This document shows positions 19,261-29,675 of a DNA stretch of 64,000 bases, piece by piece. Below the pieces are notes generated by a model. The model did not search any database. It had not been told where the DNA came from and saw nothing but the letters and a program-made list of their open reading frames with translations. The stretch is from assembly GCA_015522145.1 (NCBI GenBank), contig WAMV01000007.1, forward strand, positions 1 to 64,000, in the 5' to 3' direction. Source of the DNA: Candidatus Aenigmatarchaeota archaeon (GTDB lineage Archaea; Aenigmatarchaeota; Aenigmatarchaeia; CG10238-14; WAMV01). The position numbers and the translations under genes are program-made. Numbering within the stretch: position 1 is the stretch's first letter; every line of letters starts with the position of its first letter.

Positions 19261-20193
19261 ATGAGAAAATCTCGAAAAATTGAAAAGGTTGTTGAAAAAG
19301 TTTTACATCAACATCTTGCCGTAAAACCTTTTGAGAAATTAACAATAGTAAGTGATGATAAAAAAATGAAAATAGCCAAACACTTCTTCTCTTATGCAAA
19401 AAGAATTGCTATAGATGTTTCATGGTTTATGATGGAAGTGAGAAAAGAGGATGGAGAAGAGCCACCAGAGCAAATAAAGGCTGGTATGCTGGCTAGCGAT
19501 GTCATAATAGCAATAACCTCTAAATCTCTAACTCACGCAAAATCAACAATAGAAGCAGTATCTAAAGGGGCCAGAGTTGCAAGCATGCCTGGTATAGAAG
19601 AAGAAATGTTGACTAAAGGTGCTATGACAGCAAGTTTTGAAAGTATTAAAGAAACAACACAAAATCTGATGAGAAACTTGGAGGGGTCTAATTTTGTTGA
19701 AGTTAAAAGCTCCAACGGCACTAACCTATTTTTTAGTGTTAGAGGTAGAGAATGGTATGTTGATGATGGAGATTTGAGAGAACCTGGAAAAATAGGAAAT
19801 TTGCCTTGTGGAGAAGTTTTCATAGCTCCCAATGAAAATTCTGTTAATGGAAAAATAGTATTTGATTACTTTCCTGGAGTTAAAGGTAAGTTGAAATTGG
19901 ATGTAGAGAGTGGAAAAATAGTTAAAACAAACAAGAAACTAAAATTGATAGAAGGTTTTGAGAATAAAAAAATGATAGGAGAATTTGGAATTGGTGCCAA
20001 TCCAAAAGCAAAAATAATAGGAAACGTGCTAGAGGATGAGAAGGTTTTAGGTACTGTTCATATTGCTCTAGGGAGGAACATTGGATTTGGGGGAACATTA
20101 GATTTACCGTTTCACGTTGATGGAATAATTAAAAAACCGACGCTCAAAGTTGATAACAGAACTATTATAAAGTCTGGTAAGCTAGTCATATGA
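19261..20193 (+). CDS. M29 family aminopeptidase (aminopeptidase T-like)
   Basis: GNLPCGEVF, GEFGIG, LEDEKVLGTVHIALG, HVD. Confidence 0.88.
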   Translation: MRKSRKIEKVVEKVLHQHLAVKPFEKLTIVSDDKKMKIAKHFFSYAKRIAIDVSWFMMEVRKEDGEEPPEQIKAGMLASDVIIAITSKSLTHAKSTIEAVSKGARVASMPGIEEEMLTKGAMTASFESIKETTQNLMRNLEGSNFVEVKSSNGTNLFFSVRGREWYVDDGDLREPGKIGNLPCGEVFIAPNENSVNGKIVFDYFPGVKGKLKLDVESGKIVKTNKKLKLIEGFENKKMIGEFGIGANPKAKIIGNVLEDEKVLGTVHIALGRNIGFGGTLDLPFHVDGIIKKPTLKVDNRTIIKSGKLVI

Positions 20194-20295
20194 TTTTATA
20201 AAGTAGTTTTTTCCTATTACAATTTAAGGGGGAATGATATGAACCAATCCCAATAATGAAAACAACTTCTTTGAGTTTTGGTGAGGTGTTAATCT

Positions 20296-21582
20296 ATGTT
20301 TGATATTAATTTGATTCGAAAAAATCCAGAGTTGGTAAGGGAAAATTTAAAAAGAAGACAAGAACCAAAGTACCTAGAATTATTGGACAGAGCAATAGAG
20401 CTTGATAGAAAATGGAGGGAAATAAAAACAAAAGCAAATGAGCTAAGGGCAAAAAGAAACAAACTAAGTCAAGAAATAGCCAAGCTGAAAAAGCAAGGCA
20501 TGCCTACAGAAACTTTAATGGAAGAAGCTAGAAAGGTTGCTCAAGAAATAGAAAAGTTGGAAGATGAAGAAAGAAAGGTGGAGGAGGAATTAAAAACGGT
20601 GTTAATGAAAATCCCAAACATGCTTCACGAAAGTGTGCCTTATGGAAAAGATGAAAATGATAACGTGGTTGTAAAGGTTGTTGGCAAGCCACCAAAATTT
20701 AATTTTCAGCCAAAGAGTCACATAGAAATTTTAACCAACTTAGGATTACTTGATTTAGAAAGAGGTTCTAAAGTAGCTGGCAGCAGATTCTATTACCTTA
20801 AACATGAACTGGCTTTGCTGGATTTGGCCTTACAAAGATTTGCTATAGACGAGTTAAGAAAAAAAGGTTATATATTAGTTGAACCGCCATTCATGCTGAA
20901 TAAAAGAGCTTACATGGGGGCTGTCGATTTTGAGTTCTTCCAGGATCAAATCTACAAAATTGAAAATGAGGATCTCTACATGATAGCTACAGCAGAACAT
21001 CCTATAGCAGCCATGTTCATGGATGAGGTTTTAAACGCTGAAGATTTGCCATTAAAATTTGTTGGTGTAAGCCCATGTTTCAGAAAGGAAGTTGGAGCTC
21101 ATGGAAAGTATACCAAAGGCTTGTTTAGAGTACACCACTTCAACAAAATAGAACAATTTATATTCTGTAAACCTGAAGAAAGTTGGGACTTGCATGAAGA
21201 ACTGCAAAGGAATAGCGAAGAACTTTACAAAAAACTTGGCTTGCATTTCAGGGTAGTTAATGTTTGTACAGGTGATATTGGGGAGTTTGCTGCAAAGAAG
21301 TATGACATTGAAGTATGGATGGCAGATGGAAAGTATAGGGAAGCGGGCTCAAACTCAAACTGTACAGATTATCAAGCAAGAAGATTGAATATAAGATATA
21401 GAGAAAAGCCTGGTATGCCACCAAAAGGCTTTGTTCATACACTCAACAATACTGCACTGGCAACCAGCAGAACAATGATAGCTATAGTTGAGCAGTATCA
21501 GCAAGAGGACGGAACTGTTAAAATACCTAGAGTTCTATGGAAGTACATGAACGGTATCAAAAAACTAGAACCAAGAAAGTAA
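20296..21582 (+). CDS. serS: Serine-tRNA ligase
   Basis: N-terminal coiled coil, ATAE, CFRKE, FRVHHF, SNCTDYQARR, HTLN. Confidence 0.98.
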   Translation: MFDINLIRKNPELVRENLKRRQEPKYLELLDRAIELDRKWREIKTKANELRAKRNKLSQEIAKLKKQGMPTETLMEEARKVAQEIEKLEDEERKVEEELKTVLMKIPNMLHESVPYGKDENDNVVVKVVGKPPKFNFQPKSHIEILTNLGLLDLERGSKVAGSRFYYLKHELALLDLALQRFAIDELRKKGYILVEPPFMLNKRAYMGAVDFEFFQDQIYKIENEDLYMIATAEHPIAAMFMDEVLNAEDLPLKFVGVSPCFRKEVGAHGKYTKGLFRVHHFNKIEQFIFCKPEESWDLHEELQRNSEELYKKLGLHFRVVNVCTGDIGEFAAKKYDIEVWMADGKYREAGSNSNCTDYQARRLNIRYREKPGMPPKGFVHTLNNTALATSRTMIAIVEQYQQEDGTVKIPRVLWKYMNGIKKLEPRK

Positions 21583-22326
21583 TGTAAAAATTAAAGCTAA
21601 TAAAAATGCTGGGGCAAACCTAACACCTTCCTTTACCCAAACATATTTTTTCTTTTTTCTTAACTCTTGTAACTCTTTCTTTGTGATTCCGCGCCAAAGT
21701 CTAGAGTCTGCTATTACATCTCCTACTTTCAATTTTTCTATTGGTATTTTTCTTTTCATAACTATTCTATCAACTATTTTAAGGTAAGTCATAAGCAAAT
21801 AAAGTAAAACAAACAAGCTGGATAGGGCAAATGCCAAAACTAAAGAATATTCATAGCTCAAAACAAAGCTATAAGGTAAGTAAAATATAATCAACAAAAC
21901 AAAAAAAGCTAACATAAGTCTGTTTTTGTTTTTAACTACTCTCTCTGAAAAAACTTTTCTAACTTTTTTGTTTTTGAAAGAAATTACGAAAGAGTATGCT
22001 ATAATGTACAAAGCACCAAAAACAAAAACGTTAAAGAGATAAAGAAAGGCTTTCTCAAATTCAAAAATACTACCTAGAGCAAATCCAACAGTTGTTAAAA
22101 TAGCTGTGTCGCCATAACCCCACTGTCCAGTTACGTAGAAAATATAGCCTATGGTATAAAAGGTAAGGGCTATTATCAGTGAGTTGAAAAATGTATTGTT
22201 GGTTAATGAGATTAAAATGAAGAGAAATGAGAAAAGGTATGGTAGCTTATCGTCTATCTCTGTTGTTTTCAGATCCTGGTAAGAGGTTATTATTAAAAAC
22301 AAAAAAAGTAAGAGTAAGGTTAACAT
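21565..22326 (-). CDS. A24 family prepilin/prearchaellin peptidase
   Basis: SYQDLK..EI, WGYGD, VRFAP; multiple TM helices. Confidence 0.85.
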   Translation of the reverse strand: MLTLLLLFLFLIITSYQDLKTTEIDDKLPYLFSFLFILISLTNNTFFNSLIIALTFYTIGYIFYVTGQWGYGDTAILTTVGFALGSIFEFEKAFLYLFNVFVFGALYIIAYSFVISFKNKKVRKVFSERVVKNKNRLMLAFFVLLIIFYLPYSFVLSYEYSLVLAFALSSLFVLLYLLMTYLKIVDRIVMKRKIPIEKLKVGDVIADSRLWRGITKKELQELRKKKKYVWVKEGVRFAPAFLLALIFTLLSWF

Positions 22327-22331
22327 TTTCC

Positions 22332-22475
22332 CTAGCTGTATTTTTTAAATCCTATGTCCTTATAGACTTCTCTGATGCATTTTCTACAGTAAAAAAGGTT
22401 GTATTTTTTGATGACACCTCTAGTAGAACCACATCTCCTACATGTGTACTTGGCTCTACCATGTGGCTTTACCAT
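22332..22475 (-). CDS. rps14: Ribosomal protein uS14 (47 aa, below ORF-track cutoff)
   Basis: MVKPHGRAKYTCRRCGSTRGVIKKYNLFYCRKCIREVYKDIGFKKYS. Confidence 0.95.
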   Translation of the reverse strand: MVKPHGRAKYTCRRCGSTRGVIKKYNLFYCRKCIREVYKDIGFKKYS

Positions 22476-22654
22476 GCAGCCTCACCTAGTACTGTTATGG
22501 GGTCTTTATCCATGAAGAAATTTATTTCGTTAATTTTTTCCATAATGTCCAAATAAAAGTTTTTGTAGTTTTTTCTTGCCTCTGCTATTTTAAGCAGTAT
22601 GCCTGAGAGTTTTATTACTTCTTCCATAATTTCCTGATTTTCTTCAAACAACAT
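22469..22654 (-). CDS. Small hypothetical protein between rpl5 and rps14
   Basis: 61-aa ORF overlapping both neighbours and filling the gap. Confidence 0.55.
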   Translation of the reverse strand: MLFEENQEIMEEVIKLSGILLKIAEARKNYKNFYLDIMEKINEINFFMDKDPITVLGEAAW

Positions 22655-23147
22655 TAACACCAAACTCCTCCTTTAGCCATTTAATTACTTCTTCCTTACT
22701 AATTTTATGCTTTTTTCCTATTTTACTTTTTTTAACTTTTCTTCTTTTAACTCTGTAGCCTGGCCTTTCTAGTGTTATAGCAACATCAAAACCTAACATA
22801 CCTATTTCTGGATCGTATTTCATTCCTGGAATGTCTATGTACTCTTTTATTCCTATGTTAATATTACCGTCTTTATCAAGCTGAGAAGCCTTTATGGTGT
22901 TATCCAAAGCTTTCAACACCTTTTTAAAAAACTCATAAGCATCCTGTTTCCTCAATGTTACTTTAACGCCTACAGGTTTGCCTTTAGCTATGCCAAAAGT
23001 GCTTCTTTTTCTAGAAAGTGTTATTACAGGTTTCTTGCCTGTCATTCTTTCCAGAATTTTCTTTGCTTTTTCTATTTTTTGCATATCACCTGCACAACCT
23101 ACGTTTATAGTTACTTTTTCTATTCTTATCTGCTTCATGGAATTCAT
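22644..23147 (-). CDS. rpl5: Ribosomal protein uL5
   Basis: IEKVTINVG, GVKVTLR, YDPEIG, RPGYRV. Confidence 0.97.
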   Translation of the reverse strand: MNSMKQIRIEKVTINVGCAGDMQKIEKAKKILERMTGKKPVITLSRKRSTFGIAKGKPVGVKVTLRKQDAYEFFKKVLKALDNTIKASQLDKDGNINIGIKEYIDIPGMKYDPEIGMLGFDVAITLERPGYRVKRRKVKKSKIGKKHKISKEEVIKWLKEEFGVNVV

Positions 23148-23842
23148 TCCACCACCGTTATTACGGGCTTTTCTTTACCTACTATAAACACGTCTCTTTT
23201 TAAAGCTTCTACTTCTTCGTTATCTATAACTAGAATTACTTTTGAGGGAACTCTAAACTTCCCTGGTTTTATCTCTTTAATTTTACCTAGCTTTCCAGAG
23301 CTCTTGCCTTTAAGCACCAGACCCAACATTCCTTTTTTGAATTCTAGTTTTTCTTTAATTTTGTTTTCGGGGATTTGAACTAGTAAGCTATCATGCGTAT
23401 TATATTCGTTTTTATCAACCACAAAAGTTCTGCCGTCATGAGTTCCAAGTTGTAGTTTACCGCCTTTAATTTTTTTCTTAATTTTAATTTTACAAAGTTT
23501 TAGGTTAGCTTCTTTTTTGCTAATTTCTACAACACTCAAGAATTTCTTTGATGAAACAACTCTATAACTTTTATCTAATTTTGGTATGGTTATTACATCA
23601 AACAAGCCTACTGGAAAACGATGGTCCTTTCTAACTCGGCCATCAATCAAAATTTCTCCTCTTTTAATTATTTTTTTAGCATCTCTGTACTTCTCTGCTA
23701 ATTGCAAAACATCTCTAACCAAAACAAGCAACGGTATACTTTCAAATTTAGCATGAGGTCCTGGTATTGGTGCCACTACATATTTTCTAGCCTTTTTGGG
23801 AACTCTCCAAAATTCTGGAGCTAATAATCTTTTTAGTTTCAT
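23144..23842 (-). CDS. rps4e: Ribosomal protein eS4
   Basis: LKRLLAP, PGPH, FPVGLFDV, HDGR. Confidence 0.97.
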   Translation of the reverse strand: MKLKRLLAPEFWRVPKKARKYVVAPIPGPHAKFESIPLLVLVRDVLQLAEKYRDAKKIIKRGEILIDGRVRKDHRFPVGLFDVITIPKLDKSYRVVSSKKFLSVVEISKKEANLKLCKIKIKKKIKGGKLQLGTHDGRTFVVDKNEYNTHDSLLVQIPENKIKEKLEFKKGMLGLVLKGKSSGKLGKIKEIKPGKFRVPSKVILVIDNEEVEALKRDVFIVGKEKPVITVVE

Positions 23843-24207
23843 TCTTTAACCCCCAATTTCTCCTTTCTATACTTATCTGAAAGGTCTAAATTTATAACTT
23901 TAAGGTTTGATGGATGAATGGGCACGTGATACTCTGTACCTACTGTTCTTTTTCTTTTAACCGTATCTATGTAAACCTTGTATTTTTTGGTATCTATCCT
24001 TATTATTTTTCCTTTGGTTCCTTTGAAGCTACCTCTCATAACTTCGACTTCATCTCCAACCCTTAAAGGAACGCTTCTCCTTTTCAATTTTTCCCTTAAT
24101 TCTTTTGATAAGTGAGCTGAAATGAGTTTTCTTCTTAAATGTAGAAAAGCGTTTATCAAAAATTTTCTTTGTTTTCTTGGTTTCTTGCTTTTAGGTCTTC
24201 TCATCAA
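23839..24207 (-). CDS. rpl24: Ribosomal protein uL24
   Basis: PRKQRK, GDEVEVMRGSFKG, IHPSNL. Confidence 0.97.
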   Translation of the reverse strand: MMRRPKSKKPRKQRKFLINAFLHLRRKLISAHLSKELREKLKRRSVPLRVGDEVEVMRGSFKGTKGKIIRIDTKKYKVYIDTVKRKRTVGTEYHVPIHPSNLKVINLDLSDKYRKEKLGVKE

Positions 24208-24602
24208 ACCACCATAGTAGCTATTTTACCTATTGAGCTAAAACGTTCAACCGCTTCTTTAGCAACTGGGCCTTTAACCTCGCTTCCCATAGGGTCTCCT
24301 TTTTCATTTATCAAAACAGCAGCATTATCTTCAAAATAAACTCTTATACCATTTCTACGCCTGTACTCTTTTTTCTGCCTGACTATTACAGCACTAAAAA
24401 CTTTTTTCCTAAGTTTAAATTCGCCTTTCTTAACAGTCACCTTAACTACAGAGCCTACACACGCTGACGGAAGTCTTTTTCTTCTGCCTTTATAACCAAC
24501 AACGGAAATTATTTGAAGTAGTTTAGCTCCACTATTGTCTGCACAATTTATGTATGCACCTACTGGCAAGGCTCTTGTTACTTTTGCTTTCATTCCCTTC
24601 AT
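24204..24602 (-). CDS. rpl14: Ribosomal protein uL14
   Basis: CADNSGAK, FEDNAAV, KGPVAKE. Confidence 0.98.
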   Translation of the reverse strand: MKGMKAKVTRALPVGAYINCADNSGAKLLQIISVVGYKGRRKRLPSACVGSVVKVTVKKGEFKLRKKVFSAVIVRQKKEYRRRNGIRVYFEDNAAVLINEKGDPMGSEVKGPVAKEAVERFSSIGKIATMVV

Positions 24603-24952
24603 GATGCTTCACCTCTCTTGACAATTTCGAATATAACAAAATGTTTTGTTTTTGATAAAGGCCTAGTTTCTCCAATTCTTACTATGTCTCCTTCTTTAGC
24701 TCTTATACATTCTGGGTTATGAACAGTTATTTTGCTTCTTCTCCTCTCATATCTTTCATATTTTGGTACATAATGCAAATACTCTATCTCTACAACAGCT
24801 GATTTGTAGGCTTTGGCTGAAACAACTTTACCCTGCAATACCTGGCCCCTTATCTTAACGTGCCCATGCCAAGGACACTTATTATCACTACATGTTTCTT
24901 CAGGGGGCTTAGCATCTATGCCTATGTTGTTTACTTTTTGTTGTTTGGCCAT
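24599..24952 (-). CDS. rps17: Ribosomal protein uS17
   Basis: CPWHG, KYERYERR, ETRPLSKTK. Confidence 0.97.
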   Translation of the reverse strand: MAKQQKVNNIGIDAKPPEETCSDNKCPWHGHVKIRGQVLQGKVVSAKAYKSAVVEIEYLHYVPKYERYERRRSKITVHNPECIRAKEGDIVRIGETRPLSKTKHFVIFEIVKRGEAS

Positions 24953-25007
24953 TATCACACCTGTAATAAAAATTTATTTGAGCTTATCCCTTTAAAAATA
25001 AAATTGT

Positions 25008-25289
25008 TTACCATCTTGGTATTTTTTTCTTTATTCTATCTTCTGGTCTACCCACTAATAATTTACCATCTACCTTTACCTTTGTCCCGTCGGGCAAAGT
25101 AAAAATAAAGGTACAGAGCTTCTTGATTACTTTTTTTTCACCTTTTTTGGTTTCTATAGTCAATGTATTGTAAGTTTCGTCAACCACCTTTCCTCTTATT
25201 CCTTTATAAGAGGGGTTTACAGAATCTTTTACCTGAACCCTTAGGCCAATCAACTCATGCCTAACCAGATTTTTGGGAGTAATTGGCAT
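25008..25289 (-). CDS. rnp1: RNase P protein subunit Rpp29
   Basis: HELIGL, GKVVDET, LVGRPEDR; conserved position in the operon. Confidence 0.95.
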   Translation of the reverse strand: MPITPKNLVRHELIGLRVQVKDSVNPSYKGIRGKVVDETYNTLTIETKKGEKKVIKKLCTFIFTLPDGTKVKVDGKLLVGRPEDRIKKKIPRW

Positions 25290-25609
25290 TAATTCAATAT
25301 TTCAATCTGTTCACTTTTATAACCTAGCTGTATTAAATATTCTTTGACTTTTTTCTTATGGTCACCCTGTAGCTCTATTCTATCATTCTTAAATGTGCCG
25401 CCACAAGCAAGCTTTGATTTTAAGAAGGAAGCAACTTTCTTTGGGTTCTCTTTAATGCCTTCTATTATGGTCATGTTTTTACCAAATCTTCTTTTTTCAG
25501 TATAAATCTTTATTTTCTCCTCTTCTTTTTTCAAAGTGTCGCAGATGCAAACATCCTTTGGCAGCCCACAAACCTGGCAGGTCTCTTGCATCATCTCTCT
25601 ACTTTCCAC
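25289..25609 (-). CDS. aIF1/SUI1 translation factor
   Basis: CGLPKDVC, LKSKLACGGT, IELQGDH. Confidence 0.95.
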   Translation of the reverse strand: MESREMMQETCQVCGLPKDVCICDTLKKEEEKIKIYTEKRRFGKNMTIIEGIKENPKKVASFLKSKLACGGTFKNDRIELQGDHKKKVKEYLIQLGYKSEQIEILN

Positions 25610-25802
25610 CTCTTAGCTTTTCATTCCTTATTGTAAGAATTCTGGCAATAGTTTTTTTAATTAACCTTATTTTGGCAGGATTTTTTATGGGTCTTCTTGC
25701 TTTAACATTAGCAAGTTCTTTCATAAGCTCTAATTTTAATTCTCTCAACTTTTTATTTAAATCTTCTATGCCCATCTTTCTAAGCTCATCAACTCTCTTC
25801 AT
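25599..25802 (-). CDS. rpl29: Ribosomal protein uL29
   Basis: NPAKIR..KKTIARILT. Confidence 0.95.
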   Translation of the reverse strand: MKRVDELRKMGIEDLNKKLRELKLELMKELANVKARRPIKNPAKIRLIKKTIARILTIRNEKLRGGK

Positions 25803-26409
25803 TTGAACTCACCTCTTGCAAATTTTTCTCTAATGCTAATTCTGGTGGTGCTTCTTTTAAAATCCTTACCTCTATACCAACAATTCCTGGTTTTAGCAAA
25901 GCTTGAGCTCTGCCAACATCTACATAACGTTCAGCATACTCACCAGAATGTATAATAAAGCCAGCTCTAAACTTCTGAGTTCTTGACCTTTGAACTCCAG
26001 CAAGTTTACCAGAAAGTCTTATCTCAACGCCTATAGCACCTTCTTGTAATATCCTCCTAACATAATAATTACCAACTTTTTTAAAATGAATGCCTCTCTC
26101 CAAAGCCTTTTTGATGCGGGAAGCCACTATATTAGCATCTAAAAACGGATTTTCAACAGTCCTTACCTCTAATATGGGATTCTCAAACCCAAATTTTTCT
26201 TTGATTTCTTTGGCTATTTCTGCAGCTCTTCTTCCGGACCTACCAACAACTAATCCTGGTCTGAAAGCATAAACAATTATTCTGGTGCCTAAAGGGGTTC
26301 TTTGTATTTCTGACCTGCTGTAGCCTGCTCTTTCAAACTTCTTCCTTAGAAATTCCTCTAAATCTGCTTCTTTAATTCCTTCCTTTACGAACAGCTTTTC
26401 TTTACCCAT
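25789..26409 (-). CDS. rps3: Ribosomal protein uS3
   Basis: TPLGTRI, RPGLVVG, GVEIRLSGKL. Confidence 0.97.
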   Translation of the reverse strand: MGKEKLFVKEGIKEADLEEFLRKKFERAGYSRSEIQRTPLGTRIIVYAFRPGLVVGRSGRRAAEIAKEIKEKFGFENPILEVRTVENPFLDANIVASRIKKALERGIHFKKVGNYYVRRILQEGAIGVEIRLSGKLAGVQRSRTQKFRAGFIIHSGEYAERYVDVGRAQALLKPGIVGIEVRILKEAPPELALEKNLQEVSSNEES

Positions 26410-26778
26410 TTATCTCTCCTCCAACACAATTGTTATGTTAGTTGACTTTCTTCTTCTTGCGGCAAACTTTGCTTTCTTAGCTGGATAGCTATATAAGGTT
26501 GTACCTTTATCTGCTTTTGCTATTTTAACAAATAGCTTATCTTCTTTCATATTTTTTTGTCTTGCGTTAGCCTCTGCTGCTTTCAGAACTTCTAAAATAA
26601 CTTTAACAGTTTTAGTATAGTATTTCCCATCTATGCTCCTTTTTTTATCCAACAAATCTTGCAAAATTTTCTTTGCTTTTTTTAGTGGTTTATTTCTGAT
26701 CAAAGAACAAACAACAACTGAATTCTTTAGCGATATAGGTTGATTTCTTGCAAAAGCTCTGGTCTGCATGGCTATCAC
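26410..26778 (-). CDS. rpl22: Ribosomal protein uL22 (short form)
   Basis: [20 protein letters not shown]; between rps19 and rps3. Confidence 0.92.
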   Translation of the reverse strand: MIAMQTRAFARNQPISLKNSVVVCSLIRNKPLKKAKKILQDLLDKKRSIDGKYYTKTVKVILEVLKAAEANARQKNMKEDKLFVKIAKADKGTTLYSYPAKKAKFAARRRKSTNITIVLEER

Positions 26779-27161
26779 TTCTTAACAGAAATGTGCTTAC
26801 TGCTTCTGGAAGCACCTATTCCTGGGGCTGAATGCTCAACTTTCTTAACAGGTATTGAAAACTCACCAAGCCTTCTTCCTATCATCTCTGGCTTAATTTC
26901 AACTGTAACAAATTCTTTGCCATTATAAACTCCTATTTTCCTACCTACCATCTCAGGCAAAATAATCATGTCTCGCAAATGAGTTTTTATGTACTTATCT
27001 GGATGCTTTCTTAGCTTTTCCAAAAATTTTTTCTCTTCTTCAGTTAAACCTCTAAGCAACTTTCTTCTTGCTCTTGCCTTAAAAAGTCTAGCCAATTCTT
27101 TAAGACTCATTTTCTTCAATTCTTCAAGTGTATAGCCTCTGTAGGTAAACTTCTTTGCCAT
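26775..27161 (-). CDS. rps19: Ribosomal protein uS19
   Basis: [24 protein letters not shown]. Confidence 0.97.
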   Translation of the reverse strand: MAKKFTYRGYTLEELKKMSLKELARLFKARARRKLLRGLTEEEKKFLEKLRKHPDKYIKTHLRDMIILPEMVGRKIGVYNGKEFVTVEIKPEMIGRRLGEFSIPVKKVEHSAPGIGASRSSKHISVKK

Positions 27162-27247
27162 AGTCTCGATAAAAAATTGTTAGCAAGGTGATTTATAAAT
27201 TTTTGAAATTGCTAGCATTTTAAAAATAAAATCATTAAATAAGAGTT

Positions 27248-28684
27248 ATGGAAGAAGAGAACATTAAGCCTGAGAAAATACCTGAAAAGGAAAATTTTAT
27301 AGAATGGTATAATGCTGTAATACAGCTTGCTGAAGTTGTTGATAGGCGTTATCCTGTTAAAGGAACTTTTGTTTGGATGCCCTTTGGTTTAAAATTGATG
27401 AAAAAAATAGTAGCTTACTGGGATAAGCTATTTAAAGAGAATGGTATAGAAGAGGTTTACTTTCCTTTATTTGTGCCTTTGGGTTATGCCAAAATAAATG
27501 AAGAGTGGTTTTCTGGTTTTAAAGATGAATTGTTTTACATTTATGATTCTCAGGGCAATTCTCTAGATTTGGTTCTAAGACCTACAGGAGAGCCTGCTAT
27601 GTACCCAATCTTTAGAATGTGGATAAAAGATGGAAAGCTCCCAATAAAGGTTTACCAAACCGTTTCCTCTTTTAGAAAAGAGGGGAAGACTACACACACA
27701 ATGATAAGAGACAGGGAAATAACTTTTTGGTATGAAATTCATACAGTGCATAAAACTAAAGAAGAGGCTGAAGAAGAAGTAAAAAAACATTTGGATATGA
27801 ACATAAAAATTTGGAAAGAATTGTTAAACATTCCTCCTATAGTTGTTGCTAAGCCAAAATATGAAATATTTCCTGGTGCAGTTTCTGCGCTAGAGTTTTA
27901 CTCTATTTTGCCTAATGGTAGGCTTCTGGAAAACGGAAGCGTTAATAACTTAGGCCAGGCCTATGCAAAGAAATTTGATTTGTATATTGTGGAAAATGGA
28001 AAAAAGGAGTATTGCTGGCAAGTGTGTACGGGCAATGGTGCCAGATACTTGGTAGCTGTTATAGCTTTGCATGGAGATGAAAGAGGTTTAGTATTGCCTC
28101 CAAAAATTGCGCCTATAGAGGTTGTTATAATTCCTATTTACACAAAAGAAAACAAAGAAGGTGTTTTGGAAGAAGCTAAAAAGCTTGAAAAAAAGCTAAA
28201 AGAATTTGGCTTCAAAGCTTATGCTGATTTAAACGAAAAGATTACACCTGGTGAGAAATTCAACATATGGGATATAAAAGGCATACCTATAAGAATAGAG
28301 CTCGGCCCAAAAGAAATAGAAAGCCAAATACTAACTGTGTACAGAAGGGATAGGAAAGAAAGAATGAAAATAAAATACAATGAAATAGAAAAAATAAAAG
28401 AATTGTTAAACCAAATAAGTGAAGATCTCTACGATAAAGTTCAAAACTTTTATGATGAAGTAATAAAAAGAGCCAATTCTTGGGAAGAAGTAGAAAAAAT
28501 AGTTAAAGAGGGTAAAGTAGCTAAAGCAAATTGGTGTGAAAGTAAAGAATGTTATGATGAAATTTCTATGCGTATAGAAAGTGTTGAGGCAATAGGAACG
28601 TTGATAGATGAAAAAGAAAATGGTAGCTGCGTGATTTGTGGTAAGGAAACTGAGAAGCTTGCGTTAATTGGTAAGGTTTATTGA
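27248..28684 (+). CDS. proS: Proline-tRNA ligase (archaeal/eukaryotic type)
   Basis: YPVKG, LRPTGE, HGDERGLVLPP, C-terminal Zn site and terminal Tyr. Confidence 0.95.
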   Translation: MEEENIKPEKIPEKENFIEWYNAVIQLAEVVDRRYPVKGTFVWMPFGLKLMKKIVAYWDKLFKENGIEEVYFPLFVPLGYAKINEEWFSGFKDELFYIYDSQGNSLDLVLRPTGEPAMYPIFRMWIKDGKLPIKVYQTVSSFRKEGKTTHTMIRDREITFWYEIHTVHKTKEEAEEEVKKHLDMNIKIWKELLNIPPIVVAKPKYEIFPGAVSALEFYSILPNGRLLENGSVNNLGQAYAKKFDLYIVENGKKEYCWQVCTGNGARYLVAVIALHGDERGLVLPPKIAPIEVVIIPIYTKENKEGVLEEAKKLEKKLKEFGFKAYADLNEKITPGEKFNIWDIKGIPIRIELGPKEIESQILTVYRRDRKERMKIKYNEIEKIKELLNQISEDLYDKVQNFYDEVIKRANSWEEVEKIVKEGKVAKANWCESKECYDEISMRIESVEAIGTLIDEKENGSCVICGKETEKLALIGKVY

Positions 28685-29388
28685 GTTTGTTTTTTCCTTC
28701 TTTTCCTGACACCAACTCTTCTTGCTGCTATGCTACCTACTTTAGCTCCTGGTGGGGCATGCCTGCTAACAACTTTCTGTCTTGGTCTGTGGCTTTTTCC
28801 ACCAAATGGATGGTCTACAGGATTCATAACGTTTGCTTTAACCCTAGGATAAAGTTTTCCTCTTGCTTGCATGGCTATATGCTTCTTTCCAGCCTTAACC
28901 CAAGGCTTTTCTTTTATTCCAGCTGCTGCTGGAACTCCTATGGTTGCTAAGCATTTCTCATCAAGCTCTTTAAGCTTACCACTAGCTAGTTGAATTATTA
29001 CCTTATCTTTTGTTTTTCCAACAACAGTAGCATAGCTACCTGCACTTCTACAAAGCTTAGGTCCAGAACCTGGATAAGTTTCTATACCAAAAATTTTGGT
29101 GCCTTCTGGTATGTTCTTGAGCTGAGCTATGCTACCTGTTGTTAGTTGAGAATTGAAATAAACTGTGTCCCCAACTTTTATTCCCATTGGGGCAATGTTC
29201 AAAAATTGCTCTCCCTCATTAGTCTTGATTATCATAACAGGAGCGCTTCTTCCAGGATCATGAAGTATGTCAACAACCTTGCCTGTGGTAAAAGGTTTAT
29301 ACTCAACTTTACCAACATACCTATGGCTAGGAGCCCTATACCTTGGTCCTCCTTTACCCCTGGCCCTAGCAATTATTCTCTTACCCAT
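28678..29388 (-). CDS. rpl2: Ribosomal protein uL2
   Basis: MGKRI..RARG, HDPGR, MNPVDHPFGG. Confidence 0.98.
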   Translation of the reverse strand: MGKRIIARARGKGGPRYRAPSHRYVGKVEYKPFTTGKVVDILHDPGRSAPVMIIKTNEGEQFLNIAPMGIKVGDTVYFNSQLTTGSIAQLKNIPEGTKIFGIETYPGSGPKLCRSAGSYATVVGKTKDKVIIQLASGKLKELDEKCLATIGVPAAAGIKEKPWVKAGKKHIAMQARGKLYPRVKANVMNPVDHPFGGKSHRPRQKVVSRHAPPGAKVGSIAARRVGVRKRRKKQTQ

Positions 29389-29396
29389 AACATCAC

Positions 29397-29675
29397 CTAC
29401 ATTATACCTAGCTTAGTTGCTACATCTATAGCTTTATATTCTGGCTTTAGCTTAATTATTGCTTTCTTTTCACCTTTAAAAGTTATCATTGTGTTAACCT
29501 TATCCACTTTAACCTGGAAAAGTTTTTCAAAAGCCTCCTTTATTTGCTGCTTATTTGCTTTTCGATCCACTATAAAGGTTATTTTATTTTCTTTCTCAAT
29601 TAGGCTAATTGTTTTTTCAGTTACATAAGGGTACTTCAATATTTTAAAAGGGTCTTTTAGCTTAGTTTTTGCCAT
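29397..29675 (-). CDS. rpl23: Ribosomal protein uL23
   Basis: [22 protein letters not shown]. Confidence 0.97.
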   Translation of the reverse strand: MAKTKLKDPFKILKYPYVTEKTISLIEKENKITFIVDRKANKQQIKEAFEKLFQVKVDKVNTMITFKGEKKAIIKLKPEYKAIDVATKLGIM

